Below, piece by piece: positions 29,505 to 41,330 of a stretch of 64,000 nt of DNA. How positions within the stretch are numbered: the first letter of the stretch is position 1; each line of letters begins with the position of its first letter. Source of the stretch: Cyanophora paradoxa CCMP329 (Eukaryota; Plantae; Glaucophyta); NCBI GenBank assembly GCA_004431415.1, contig QPMI01000047.1, positions 1 through 64,000 of the forward strand, read 5' to 3'. Under the pieces are notes generated by a model. That model did no database searches, had not been told where the DNA came from, and worked only from the letters and a program-made list of their open reading frames with translations. The translations under genes were made by a program, and so were the position numbers.

Positions 29505-32500
29505 ATGGCCGGCGACCTCGCCTTGGTGGAGCCGAGCTCCTTCCCGGGCCTTTGCATCGGCACTTCGCCGGGCGCGGCCCTCAGTCTCGTTCGGCCTGGC
29601 CTCGTCGCGGTGCACGCGCGCGAGCAGGAGCGGAATGCGTGCGTTCGCCGCGGCCTCCGGCCATTCCCGCAGTGCGTCGACACGTGGGAGCTCCGACAGG
29701 AGGTGCGAACGAGCGCCTTGCGTTCTTCCGCCCGCCCCGCTCGCTGCTCCCGACCCGCGGAGCAGATCGAGAAGGCTGCGAAGGCGGCCAGCAGCTGCGC
29801 GGTCGTCGACGTGAAGGTCAGCCGCGGCGTCGATGAGATCCTCTGTCAGCTCGAGGTGCGTACGGGGCGGCCAGGGCGCCCGGGCCGTCTCCTGACACCG
29901 GGCGGGCATGCAGCTCGCGTCCTGCGACGGCTGCGAGGCGGTGCGGCGGGCGTTCGACGGCTGGCGGATCGCGCTGCAGCAGGGCATCGCCATTCAGACG
30001 AGCAGCGCCGTCGAGACGCGCGGCTCGCTCTCCGCCGACTTCAACGCGCTCCGGCGGCGCTGGGAGGCGCACTTCTTCAAAGTGGACGTCGCGTGTGCGG
30101 CGGCGGCGGACAGCGGCGAGGTCCCGCGCGCGTACCTGGACCAGTTCGAGAAGCTGGCGGCCGGCTCCCGCCCCGACACCCTGGTCGTCAGGGGCCTCCC
30201 CGCCCGCTGGTTCTGCCCCGAGGCGCGCCCCCGGCCCGGCCCGCGGCCCGGTCGCTCGCGCTCCCGACGCTGAGCTTTGCGCGGCGGCAGGGCTCCAAGG
30301 CGGCGTCTCCCGAGCTCGTGAAACAGACCTTCGGGTACTTCGGATCCGTCCGGTACGCCCCCGCCGGACGGCCCCCGCCCTCCGCTGCAAGCCGACCCGC
30401 CCCGCAGCCGCGTGGAGATCGCGCCGGCGTCTTCGCGCCCCGCGGCGGTCGCTGCGCCGCCGGCCCTGTCCCGCAAGGACCCGGAGGAGGCCGCGGGCGC
30501 CGGCGGCGCCAAGCCCAAGCGCAAGGGCGTCTCGTTCGGGCCCTGTGAGCCACGTCCCCGCCTCTGCTACGGACGGCGTCTCACTTTCCCGCTTCCGCAG
30601 CGACCGAGGCCCCCGCGCCGCCGCCCGCGGCCGCCCCCGCCGCCCCCGCGAAAGGTGGCTCGATCGACGACCTCCTGACCTCCCTGGGCCTACCCGCCCT
30701 GGGCCCCAAGCCGGGCCCCTCGCGCCCCGGTCCCTCCCCGTCCCCGCCGCCCTCCGCCGCCGGCCGCGCCGCCGCCGCCTCGGCCTCGCCCCGCCGCCCG
30801 CCCGCCCCCGCCCGCCGGCTCCGCGCTGGACTTCGACGCGTACGTCCAGTACGAGGAGTACTCCTCCGTGCTCGCGTGCGCGCCGTACCCCCCCGCCCCG
30901 CGACGCTGTACCCTCCCGCCGACTTTCCCTACAGAGCCGCAAAGGAGCTCTGCGGGCGCGCCATGAAGCACGTGCGCTCGCCCCGCCGGCCCCGCCGGCC
31001 CCGCCGCCCCGCCTCTGACTAACAAGGCTCGCAGAGGCAAGGCCCGCTGATCGCGTACTACGCGGTGGAGGTCGACGCGGCCGGCTACATGACCGACTCG
31101 GCAGTGCGGCAGCGCCGCTTCGAGGCCGTGCGCCCGCCAGCCCGCCGCGCCGGCCCCGCCGGCCGTCTGCTCTGCTGCTGCGCGGCCTGAGCGGCCGCCG
31201 CCGCCCCCTCCGCCGCAGAGGAAGCGCGAGCTGGAGGCGAAGCGGGCGGCGGAGGAGGCGGCCCGCGATGCCGAGCGGCAGCGGTTCGGACCCCTCCCTC
31301 CTCCTTCTTCCCCCGCGACAGCGCCCCGACGAGGCCGCCCGCCCGTCGCGCAGGCGGGACGACGAGGAGCGCGAGCGGATCGAGGCGCTCAGGCGCAAGG
31401 CGGTGCGGCCGCTTACTTCCTATCCTGCGCTGAGCGAGCGTGTCCTGAGCGGGCACAGGAGGAGGAGCAGCGGCGGAAGGAGGCGGCGGAGCGCGAGCAG
31501 ATGGCGCGGGAAGATGCGATCGCGCGGGCGCGGGCGGAGGAGGAGCGGCGGCGGAGGGAGGAGGAGCGGCGGAGGAAGGCGCGCGCGCGCGCCGCTCCCA
31601 CCTCCCACCACGCGCCCCTCCCGCCTCTGACCCCCTCTTGTGTTGGCAGAAAGAGGAGGAGCGGCTGCAGCGGCTGAAGGAGGAAGAGGAGCGGGCGGCT
31701 CGGGCGCTGGCGCTGCGGGTCGCGGAGGAGCAGCGGCGGCGCGAGGAGGAGGCGGCCCGTGTCCAGGCCGAGATCTCCCGCCTCGAAGCGGTGCTTGCAA
31801 TTGGGATCCAGTCGTCCGGTGTACCCCCACCCGCTCGGACTCAGCTTTGCTCGCAGGAGAAGGCGAAAGTCGCAGAGGAGCTGGAGCGGAGGCGGGCGGG
31901 GCGGGGGGGGCGCGGGCGGGGCCGATCCCGCTCCCGCTCCCGCTCCCGCTCCCGCTCGCACCCGCGGTCGGTATGCAGCACCTGCGGCGAGGAGCTCAGC
32001 TCCGAATCGTGCGCTTAAGCTTCCCGCCCGGACCCGAACCCGCGCCCGCGCCCCTTTTACTTTCCCCTTGACAGGAGCCGGAGCCGGAGCCCGCAGCAGA
32101 AGGCGAAGAAGAAGAAGAAGGGGGGCGGGCACTCTGCCGGGGACGGGCAGGGCCGCTGGGCCATGGCCGTCGCCGACCGGGAGGAGGGGGGCGAAGAAGG
32201 GGCGGAGGCGTCGGAGCCGGCGCCGGCGCCCGGCCGCGGGGCGCCGGCCGCGCCCCCGCCGCCCCGGCCGCGCATACGGAGCACCCTCGTCAGGCCGAGC
32301 GCCGGCTCAAACGAGCCGGCGAAGGCTTCGGGCGAGGATGCGGGGGCGGGCCGCCAGCGGAGCCGCCGCCGGCTTCGGGGCGCGGAGCAGGAGCAGGAGC
32401 AAGGGGCGCCGGCCCCAGGCGAGGGCGAGGGCGAGGCCCGCCCCCGCCTGCGGAGCACCCTCGTCCGCCCGAGCGGGGCGGACAAAGAGCCTCCGAAGCT

Positions 32501-32645
32501 TTCTTCGGCTCGGGGCGAGGAGGAGGAGGAGAAGGCTTCGGCGGCGGCGCGGGAGGCGGAGCTGCGGGCGCGCGCCCTCCGCCTCCTCCGCTTTGGGGGC
32601 GCCCTCCCGCAGGCGCCGGGCGCCCCCAGGCCGCCGCCAGGCTAG
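29505..32645 (+). CDS. AKAP17A/XE7-like splicing-related protein (RRM-like + coiled coil + RS tract; spliced)
   Basis: RPDTLVVRGLPARWF, VKQTFGYFGSVR, LDFDAYVQYEEY, VEVDAAGYMTDSAVRQRRFE, E/R-rich coil, RSRSRSRSRS. Confidence 0.8.
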
Positions 32646-32844
32646 CCTCAGCCTGGCCGCCGGCCCGCGGCGCGGCCGTGAACCCCCCGCCCCAACTGCT
32701 CGACCTGCGACGTGCCGTTCCCCTGTCAACGTCCTGCAATTTTGTATTTTGTCGACGTCGACTTTGTCAAGCCGCAGATCCTGCAACTGAAAGCTGCAGC
32801 TGCAGCTGGCCATGGGGGGCAGTAGGACCGCTTTAATTTAATTT

Positions 32845-33120
32845 CTTCCGGAGGGGACCCCGCCGGGGTCTTTTGGGTACACAGGCACTCCTCTATCTAC
32901 GTGACCGAGGAGTGCCACGCGTTAGGGGGCCATTATAGGCTCCCCCCTCTGGCTGCGCCATCGCAGTGCATTCGGCCACGTTGCCACTTTAGCGGGGTCG
33001 ACGGATTACGGGGGCTCGCCCCGGCGGGCCCTATATGGCTCGAAATCCCACCGAGGGGAGTCGAACCGGGTTGTCCGCACAACCGCACCGTGATTTCAAC
33101 CGCTAGGCCAAACGCGCCTG
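32845..33120 (-). mobile_element. tRNA-derived SINE with 17-bp target-site duplication
   Basis: Minus-strand A box TGGCCTAGCGG and B box GGTTCGACTCC at the 5' end. Flanked by CCGCTTTAATTTAATTT at 32828-32844 and 33121-33137. Confidence 0.8.
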
Positions 33121-33792
33121 CCGCTTTAATTTAATTTGCGAGTGTAATTTCTCGAGCTCCACGTTCTGATCTTACCTTAAGCTTATGCATGAGCGAGGAA
33201 CACAATTTAAATTCGCACATGCATATGTACATCTGCATGCACAAGAAACGCACTAATTATAAACAGCTATGCGACATGTACAGTTGCAGCTACGCATTAC
33301 GTATTCCGAACGTTGCAGGAAAACAAGACATCGGTCACTACGTTGAAACAATGTCGACGTCGACGCCTACGTTAATTGTCACTACTAGAATTTATATTAT
33401 CTGTAGAGCGACTCGGCGAAATACTTATACCAGTACTAGTGCTTTATGTAAAAGCGATTAGAATATTGAAATCAGAAGCGAATTCATTGCTACGTATACA
33501 AAACTCGTGAACGTAATAAATGACGTGGAGCCTCCGTATTGAAAGCAGAATTCGAAAAATCTGAGCGCTAACAGACCCACACACACAAGCAAAAAATCAT
33601 CGTGCATAACGATATCACAAATATAATAACCACGGCCGCAATTGCAATAGATGTGCAATATACTAATGCGGGTTTGAGGTCTCGTGCCCGCCGCTACATT
33701 GATATCGCAAGGACGCAATAGCGGAAGCTTGTGTCGAAAATCCGCGCGACTAACATGCTCATGTGAGCACCCTCGCACAAAGCAGAAGTCCG

Positions 33793-36700
33793 CTATGCGC
33801 GCGGGGCCTCCTCGGGCCCCGCGCCCCCCTCCGAGGCCCCCGCCTCCGAGGCCCGCCGGGCGCGCTCCTGAGCCACGGCCCCCGTCCACCGCCGCAGCAC
33901 CTCGAACAGCTGAGCGGGGGGCGAGAAGACAGTCATCAGATCTTGAGTGCGGTGCTGGGTCCGGGGGGTACGCGCGCACGACGGGGGCCCGGAGGGGCTT
34001 CGTGATCAGGTCGTCCATGCCGGCGGCGATCACCGAGTCCCGGTCCCCCGGGAGAATGTTCGCCTGCGGGGTCCGGACGTGAGGGGAGGAAGGGAAATGC
34101 GAGGAGGCGCGAGATCAGATCAGGGGGTAGACGCACCGTGCAGGCGATGATGGGGGTGCGTGCGCGGAGGTCGTCGTTCTCGAACGCGCGAATCCGCGAA
34201 GTCGCCTCGTACCCGTTGCAGTTCGGCACTGGGGGTACGCGGACGCTCAAAATTGGAGGAGGGGTACGGCAGCCCGAGGAGGGGTACGCACTGTAGAGGT
34301 CCATGAGGACGGCGTCGAACTGCGTGTCCAGCGAGGCGGCCGCTTCGGTGAAAGCGTCCACCCCCTCCAGCCCGTCCGCCGCCGACACGCAGTCGTATCT
34401 GGAATGGGGGTACGCGATCGGCGCCAGCGGACTGCGCGAAACGGGAACCGCGTACCCCTCTTTCTCGAGGAAGCGCCGGAGCAGCTTGAGGTTGATTGCT
34501 GCAGGGGGAGTGTGAGGGGGGTACGTGACTCTACGGCGCACGGCGCACGGTTGTCGTCGACGATGAGCACGCGGCTGCGGCGGCGGCGGAAGGGCGCCGA
34601 GTCCGGCGCCGAGGCGCGCCGCGGGGACGGCGAGCGGCCGCCCTGGATCTGGGGCGGAGCCAGCCGCAGGCCGGCGGGGGGTACGATCTCGTCGGCGCTG
34701 GCGCTGCGCGCGCGGGAGGGCCCCCCGACGTCCAGCGTCGTGATGACGGGCGGAGAAACATTGAGGGGGGCCGGCCCAGGGGGCCGCGGGAGGGGTACCC
34801 CCACCGAGGAGCCCGAGCGGGCGACCGAGATGGAGGGCACGGAGAGCGGCTTCGAGGCCGCGCGGGGCGGCTTCTGGAGGGGGGTAGAGGCCCCGGAGGC
34901 CACGGGGGAGGAGGGGGCGTGCGGGGCGCGCCAGGAGTGTACCCCGGGCCCCGCGCCCTCCAGGCCCATGTGGGCGAGCCCGCCGCTGCCGGCCCCGAAC
35001 GACCGCACAGGCGCCGGCGCCGGCGCCGGCCGCGGGGCCGACGTCGACCCCAAGGCGGATGCGGAGCCCGGGGGCGGCGGGTGGCGGCGGAGCCAGGCGG
35101 CGGCGCGGCGCATGGCCGCCTCCAGCTCCCGCTGCGGCCGCTCATCTGAGCGCTCCGGGCGCTCATCTGAATCTGAATGTGAGGCGGGCGCACGTGGCGG
35201 AGGGGCTTGGGGACGACGAAGACGCCGGCCCAGTCGCCCGCCCCGTCCCCCGCCGGCCCCTCCACGCTGCCCCCCCGAGCGTAAGCCGACGCCCGGCGGC
35301 CCGCCTGCAACGGGCGCGGGGGTGCTCGCTTGAGGGGGCTGAGGGCGCCGCCCGGAGAGCCCGGCGGGGCTTCCCGCGCCGACTCCCGAATCCTGCACGC
35401 GCGCGCGCGCGCGCGCGCCTCAGCCACGGAGCGAGGCCAAGTCTGATTCCGAGCGGGGCGCGCCCGCACTGGGCGTGGACCTCCCCGAGGAGGGCCACGT
35501 TCACCGCCACCACCACCGGCGCCCCCGCCGCCCCCGCCGCCTCCCGCGCCGCCTGAGAGCGCACCCCCTCTCAGCGGCGTCGGGGATGGGGGTGGGACGG
35601 GGAGGGGGTACGGCACCGCGACGGAGGGGAGGACGGAGTCCGGGTCGGCCTCGTTGGGGGCGAGCCCGCAGAGCACCGCCTCCACGCCGTCCTCGTACCG
35701 TACCCCTGCGGGCAGGGGGGGAGAGATCGGACGGGGGTACGGCCAACGATTGGACGGAGGGGGGCACCGGGCTCGTGGACGTGGGCGCCGAGGTAGTGGA
35801 GGTACTCGGAAGCGGCGGCGCGCGCCCACGGCGCAGCCTCGCACACCGCCACGCAGAGCTGCGGGGGGTACTGGTCAGGGAACAGGGGGTGAAAAGAGCG
35901 GCGGGGGGTACGGCGCGCCTCGAGGCGCTGGCGGACGACGGGCGGGGGGCTCTTCTGCACGCGGAGGGGTACAGAGACCGTGAAGACGGACCTGGCGGAT
36001 CGGATAGTTAGAGGTGACTACAAGAGAATGAACGAAGGAGCCCGAGGGATAAGATAGCAATGCAGTCACCCGCGGCCCTCCTCGCTGGAGACCGATATGG
36101 ATCCGCCCATGCGCCGGACGAGCCGGTGCGAGATCGCGAGGCCTGCGGGGCGGGGCGGGGCGGGGCGGTGAGGGCGGGAACAGGAGGGGAAAGAAGGAGG
36201 GCAGGGCCGGCCGGACCGAGGCCCGTGCCGGGTATTTGCTTCCCCAGCGTCATGTCGAGCCTGAGGAGGGCACCAGGGGCGTGAATCTCGCGCGCCATTG
36301 ACGAGCAAGCGCGGCACACGAGAGCGCCGTAGCCGGTCTATAGTCAAAGCCGGTCGCGGGGCGCGCTGGGCGCACTGCGAGAAGAATCGGAAGAGCTTGC
36401 CCCTGTCCGATGCTTTGATCCCCGTACCCGTGTCCGAGACCTGATGGGGGTACACGAACGCTCAGGGCTCGCGGGGCTGCGTGGAGGCTTTGGCATCGCT
36501 CCCGAACCGTGAAGCAGAGCTGGAGCTCGCTGGCGGAGGCGCCGCCGGGCGCCGCCGTTACAGCGACGGAGACCTCTCCGTTGAACGTGCACTTGACCGC
36601 TGCGGCGAAAGGGCGTGAGGAGGGGAGGAGGGGTGGAAGGGGGGTACGGTGGGGCGCCCACCGTTGCTCAGAAGATTCAGGAGCACCTGTCGCAGCTGCG

Positions 36701-38614
36701 GGGTCCGGGGTTCAGACGCCGGGGGGGGTGGGGGGGAAGAGGAGAGGGGGTACCGCACCTTGTCTGAGTCGCCGACGAGGAAGCGGGGTACGCGCGCCGC
36801 ATCGACGTGCGCGGAGAGCTCGAGACCCTTCGCCTGCGCCTGGCGGGGGGTATGAGGGAACGAAGCTTAAGGTGGCCAAAAATAGCTTCGGAACGAGCGT
36901 GCCCCGGGGGCGGAGGCGGCAGCGACGTCCTCGACGAGGGCGTGCACGTCCATTGGGACCTGAGAGAAGATTGAGTTCTATTTTTAGACACGGGGGGAGG
37001 AACAAGGGACGGGGGTACGTGCGGACCTCGTGGAGGGCGATGGCGCCGCTCTCGACCCGGGCGTACTGTGTTCCGGCTTACGGGGTACACGGTTTATCGC
37101 TCCGGGGAGGGGTACGGCACCTCGAGAATGGCGTTGATGAGGCGCAGGAGGTGCGTGGAGGACGACTCGACGATTCGGAGGTACTCGGCCTGGGGTACAC
37201 GGCATCGATGCAATTCCGGGTACGGGGTTAGGAGATGGGGGTACGGCGCACGAGCTCGGGGTCGTCGTCGCAGCGCTGAAGCATGAGCTGCACGGAGGAC
37301 ACTATGTGGTGCAGGGGGGCTATAGGGAAGGAATAGTGAGCAGTTAGCTCGGGCAGGACGAGGTGAGTCAGGGGTACGACGCACTCTTGCACTCGTGGGA
37401 GATCGAGCCGAGGAGGAGGGATACCGCGCGCTGCTTCTCGCTCAGGTCCTGTGGGGCACGAAGCGTCGGGCGGGCGGGCGGGGGGTACAAGAGCGCGAAG
37501 ATGAAGCAAAGTGGGACCTGGCCGATGCAGCAGATTCCGCCCGGCACGCGCCCACGCCCCGCGTGGCGCGTCGCCGTCACGAGGAGCTCCACAGGGACCT
37601 GGGGTCAGATCTCAGATCTCAGGTCTCAGATCAGAGGCGCATCTGAGGTGAGGGGCTCCTCGCCTGGAGGCCGCCGCTGGGGGTGCCGGAGCCGGCCCCG
37701 AGGGTCCGGGGCCGCCCCGTGGAGGCGGCGCTGCTCCGGCGGGACCCGCCCGCGTCGCTCGGCCCTCCACCCCCCCCTCCCCCTCCCGCCCCGCCCAGCA
37801 GGGAGCCGAAGGACGAGGGCGGCGTCTCGACGCGGAACGAGGCCCTGCGCGCCGGAGCCGCCCCCGCCGCCCCCGCGCCTCAAAGGGACGATCAGCGGAG
37901 TCCTCGGAGCTCAGCAAAGCTCACCCGAAGGGCCCGGCCTCGGAGCCGGCGGCGGCGGGGTCGTCCGCGGCCGAGAAGCTTCGAATCCGGGAGCCGTCCG
38001 GGTCCTCCTTCACCAGCGCCGCGAACTCGAACTGCGCGGGAAACGTTAGAGGGAGGGGCGCCTCGGGACGGGGAAGGCCGGGCCGGGCTGGGCTAGCGCA
38101 GGTTCAAAACACTAGTAGGCCCGGCCTAAAGAGTGGCGTCGCCTTTTATAAAAGCAGACATAGTTTAATCTGTTTATTATTATGGCTGGGCTCCATCCGG
38201 GCCCGGGGCGGGGCGGGCGGGTCCCGGCGCGCCTGGACGGGGGCGATGCGCTTCAGGTTCGGGGCGGGCCCCGAGGCGATCTTGGCGCCGGCGCCGGCGT
38301 CCGCGCTCGAGTTCGGGTCGGCGTTCTCCTTGCCCGCCTCCGCCAGCTTCTCCCGGACGAACTCCTGCGCCGAAAGGGGGCTAAGCCGGACGGCAGGAAG
38401 GGAGCCAGGCCGGCCGGCCTGGAAGCTGGAAAGCAGGGTAGAACTCTTCCCCCCTCCTAGATCTAATCTAATCCAGTCTAATTTGAGCCGTTAGAGAGCT
38501 CTGGGCGCACGCGGGACTCGTCGGCGACGAAGGCGTCGACGAAGGGCCGCCCGAGGACCTCCTCGCGCCCGTACCCCGTGCACTCCTCCATGCACCGGCT
38601 CCACAGCACCACCT

Positions 38615-38645
<31 letters not shown>

Positions 38646-40417
38646 GTGAGCGGAGGGGCGGGAGGGAGGAAGAGGAGTAGGGGAGATCCCGAGGCGAGGA
38701 GGAGAAGAAGAATTCGAGACACTAATCAAAGGCTGCAAGGCTTTGCATGGATCTAGAGTATCCGAGAGCGGACGGACCCGGCCGGCGTCGTCGAGGAGGA
38801 AAATGGGCGCGATCGACTCCTCTAGAAGCTGAGGGGGGAGGGGCGGGGGGGTCAGAGAGGGGGGGGGGAGGGGGGGGGGGGGAGGCGCCTGGGCAAGGTA
38901 CTCGTTCTCCGCGGAGCGCTCCTGCACCTCCCGGTGCAGCTCCTGCGCAGAGGAGGGGGCGGAGGACGAGGCGTCAGAAGCATATACACAGATCATAAGC
39001 AACCGAAGGGGGGGGTTTACACTAGACTACAGAAGAACTACACTGCGAACTCCTAGGAGGCGGATCGGACCTTGAGGAGGTCGGCCTCGCGGCGGACGGT
39101 GCCGAGCTCCTCCCGCGCCGCCGCGAGCTCCCGCGAGAGCTCCTCGCACCGCTCCTGCGGGGGGGGGTGAGAGGAGGGGGAGGGGGGGGGGGGGGGGGGG
39201 GGGGGCGCGCCCTGGCGCGCTGGAGCTCGGCGCGGGTGCGGCCCAGGTCCTCCTCCAGCGCCGCCCGCCGCTGGTAGAAGCCCTGCCGGCGAAATCAGAA
39301 GAAGATGTCAGATTCAGCGATGAGAGATTCAAGAGGGGCGCGCGCGCCTGCAGCTCCTTCATGAGGTCGTCCCGCTGCGTCCGCAGAGAGGCGTTCTCCT
39401 CGGCGGCCCTCGAGAGCTGGGAGCGGAGGTCCGCCTCCCGCTCCTCGGGGCTGCCTGAGCGCGAGGGCGAGGCGCCGCGCTGGTGGCGGTGGCGGGGGGA
39501 GACCCCCACCAGCTCGAAGGGGGAGAGGGCCGGGCGCAGGGAGGGGGAGGGCGGGTCGGACGGCTCGGGCCCGACGGAGAGGGCGGGGGCCGGCCGAGGT
39601 GCGTCCGCCGCCGAGGCCCGGCGGCCGGGGGCGACGGCGGCGGGGGCGAGCAGCAGGGGACCCAGGGGGGTGGGCGAGGTCCGGGGTACGAGGCTCTCCG
39701 CCGACACGGGCTTGCGGCGGGTACGGGCGGTGCCGGGGGGGGAGGGGGAGGGACCCCGGCCCCCTGCTAAGGGCAGCGCGGAGGGCGACGAGTCCGGCTC
39801 GCCGGCGGAGCGCAGGGGCGGCGAGAGCGGCGTGAGGGGGGACAGGGGGCTCAGGGGCCCGAGCGCCGCCCGCCGCCGCCGCCGCTGCCGCCGCCCGGGC
39901 TGAGGCCGCCCAGGGCCGGCGTGGAAGCGGAAACGGAGAGAGGGGCCAGGGTCGGCTCGTCGACGCGGAGGCCGCTGAGGCCTGAGGGCCGCCGGAGCTG
40001 CAGGGCGGTGGCGCCCGGCGAGCCGGCGCCCGCGCCCGCGGCCGCGGCGCCGGCCGGCCCCGCGGGGCGGAGCAGCGTCGCGCTGTGGCCGCCGGGGCCT
40101 CCGAAGGACGAGAGGGAGGAGGAGGAGGAGAGCGACGGGGCGTTCGAAGGCACGCGGAAGGCGGCGCCCGCCTCGGGCAGCGAGTGGCCGTGGCTGGCGC
40201 CGGAGGATCGGGCGCCCGGCGGGGCCATCCCCGAGAGCGGCGGGCTGGTCCCTGACGCCAACGCGGCCCCGGCGAGCGGCGGCAGGCCTGTGCTGCGCGT
40301 CCGAGGCGGCGTGTGATCGCCCGGCGCCGACCGCGCGTGCCGCGCCGCCTCGGCGGTGCCGACGTCGACGTCGCCGTCCGAGGACTGCTGCTGCAGATCG
40401 CGCCGCAGGAATTCCAT
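33793..40417 (-). CDS. Hybrid sensor histidine kinase: disordered N-terminus, coiled coil, PAS, HisKA, HATPase_c, receiver (many introns)
   Basis: PAS (PIFLLDDAGRV..WSRCMEECTGYGREEVLGRPF), H box LGSISHE, N box LRQVLLNLLSN, VSDTGTGI, LFRFFSQ, GTGLG, REC RVLIVDDN..AVLMDL..NGYEAT..GMDDLITKP. Whether the region above 38.4 kb belongs to the same gene is inferred. Confidence 0.88.
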
Positions 40418-41330
40418 CGTGGGAGGTGCTCGGAGGACGACGAGCCGGCGCGCGGCCGGCTCTCTGCTGCAGGACTAGGGCCCGGGCTGTCCGCGCCGCC
40501 GCTGGCGCTTCTGACGCCAGTCGGCGTGCAGCCGCACGCCGCCTCAAGTCTCTACAGCGCCGCGTGCTAACGTACAGATGGCCGAGTCTGCCGACTGTTA
40601 GCTGGCTGACGTGATGGTCTCCGGCCGGTGTCGCTATGTACGCGTGCTTTGGGCGGTGCACTTGCAGGCGCAGCAGTTGATCGCCGAGGCCTACAACAGC
40701 CGCAGTGTCTATAGCCAGCCGCTCGCGCCTTCGCGGGAGCGACAGCTTCTCCGAGCTCGCCAAAGCGAACTGTACCCCAGCCGGCCGTTACCCGTTTCGA
40801 CTCAATTCAGCACCTATTCACGAACGAGCGGCCGCCAGACATCGTGTGACGCACGCGCGCGCGCGCAGCGCCGCGCACCCGCCAGGGTTAACGCTACGTT
40901 AGTAACGTTACCGCCGGCTACCGGTACCGCTACTGGTGAGTCCGTGTCGCTCATGATCAGTAATCTTGACCGTGACTAGGGTACCTGTGCGGTCCAGTGG
41001 ACGGAAGCTCGGCGAGCGGCGCGTTCGCGATCCGGCGGGGGAGCTCGAGGAGCGTCTCCCGCCGCGGGAGCGTCGACTCGCCGTCGAGCAGCAGAGTCGA
41101 GCTCGGACTCTGGCCCGCGGCCGCGGACCGGCGGCCCTCTCGCAGAATCCTAGAGACACGGTGACTATTTCCCAGCAATCAACGCAGAAAAACCGACTCG
41201 GGGACAGCGAGCGGCGCTCGCTGGCAGCCGGCGGGCCGGCGCCGGAATACCCAGCCGGGCCGGGCCGGGCGAACGTTGCCCCCAGAGCCGTAGGGCCGGG
41301 CGCACGGCCCTCCCCCTCGGGCGGCGGGCC

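Noticed and set aside
38615-39206. Long poly-G tracts as functional elements
   Set aside because: They are intronic poly-C runs on the sense strand, with unreliable lengths in assemblies.
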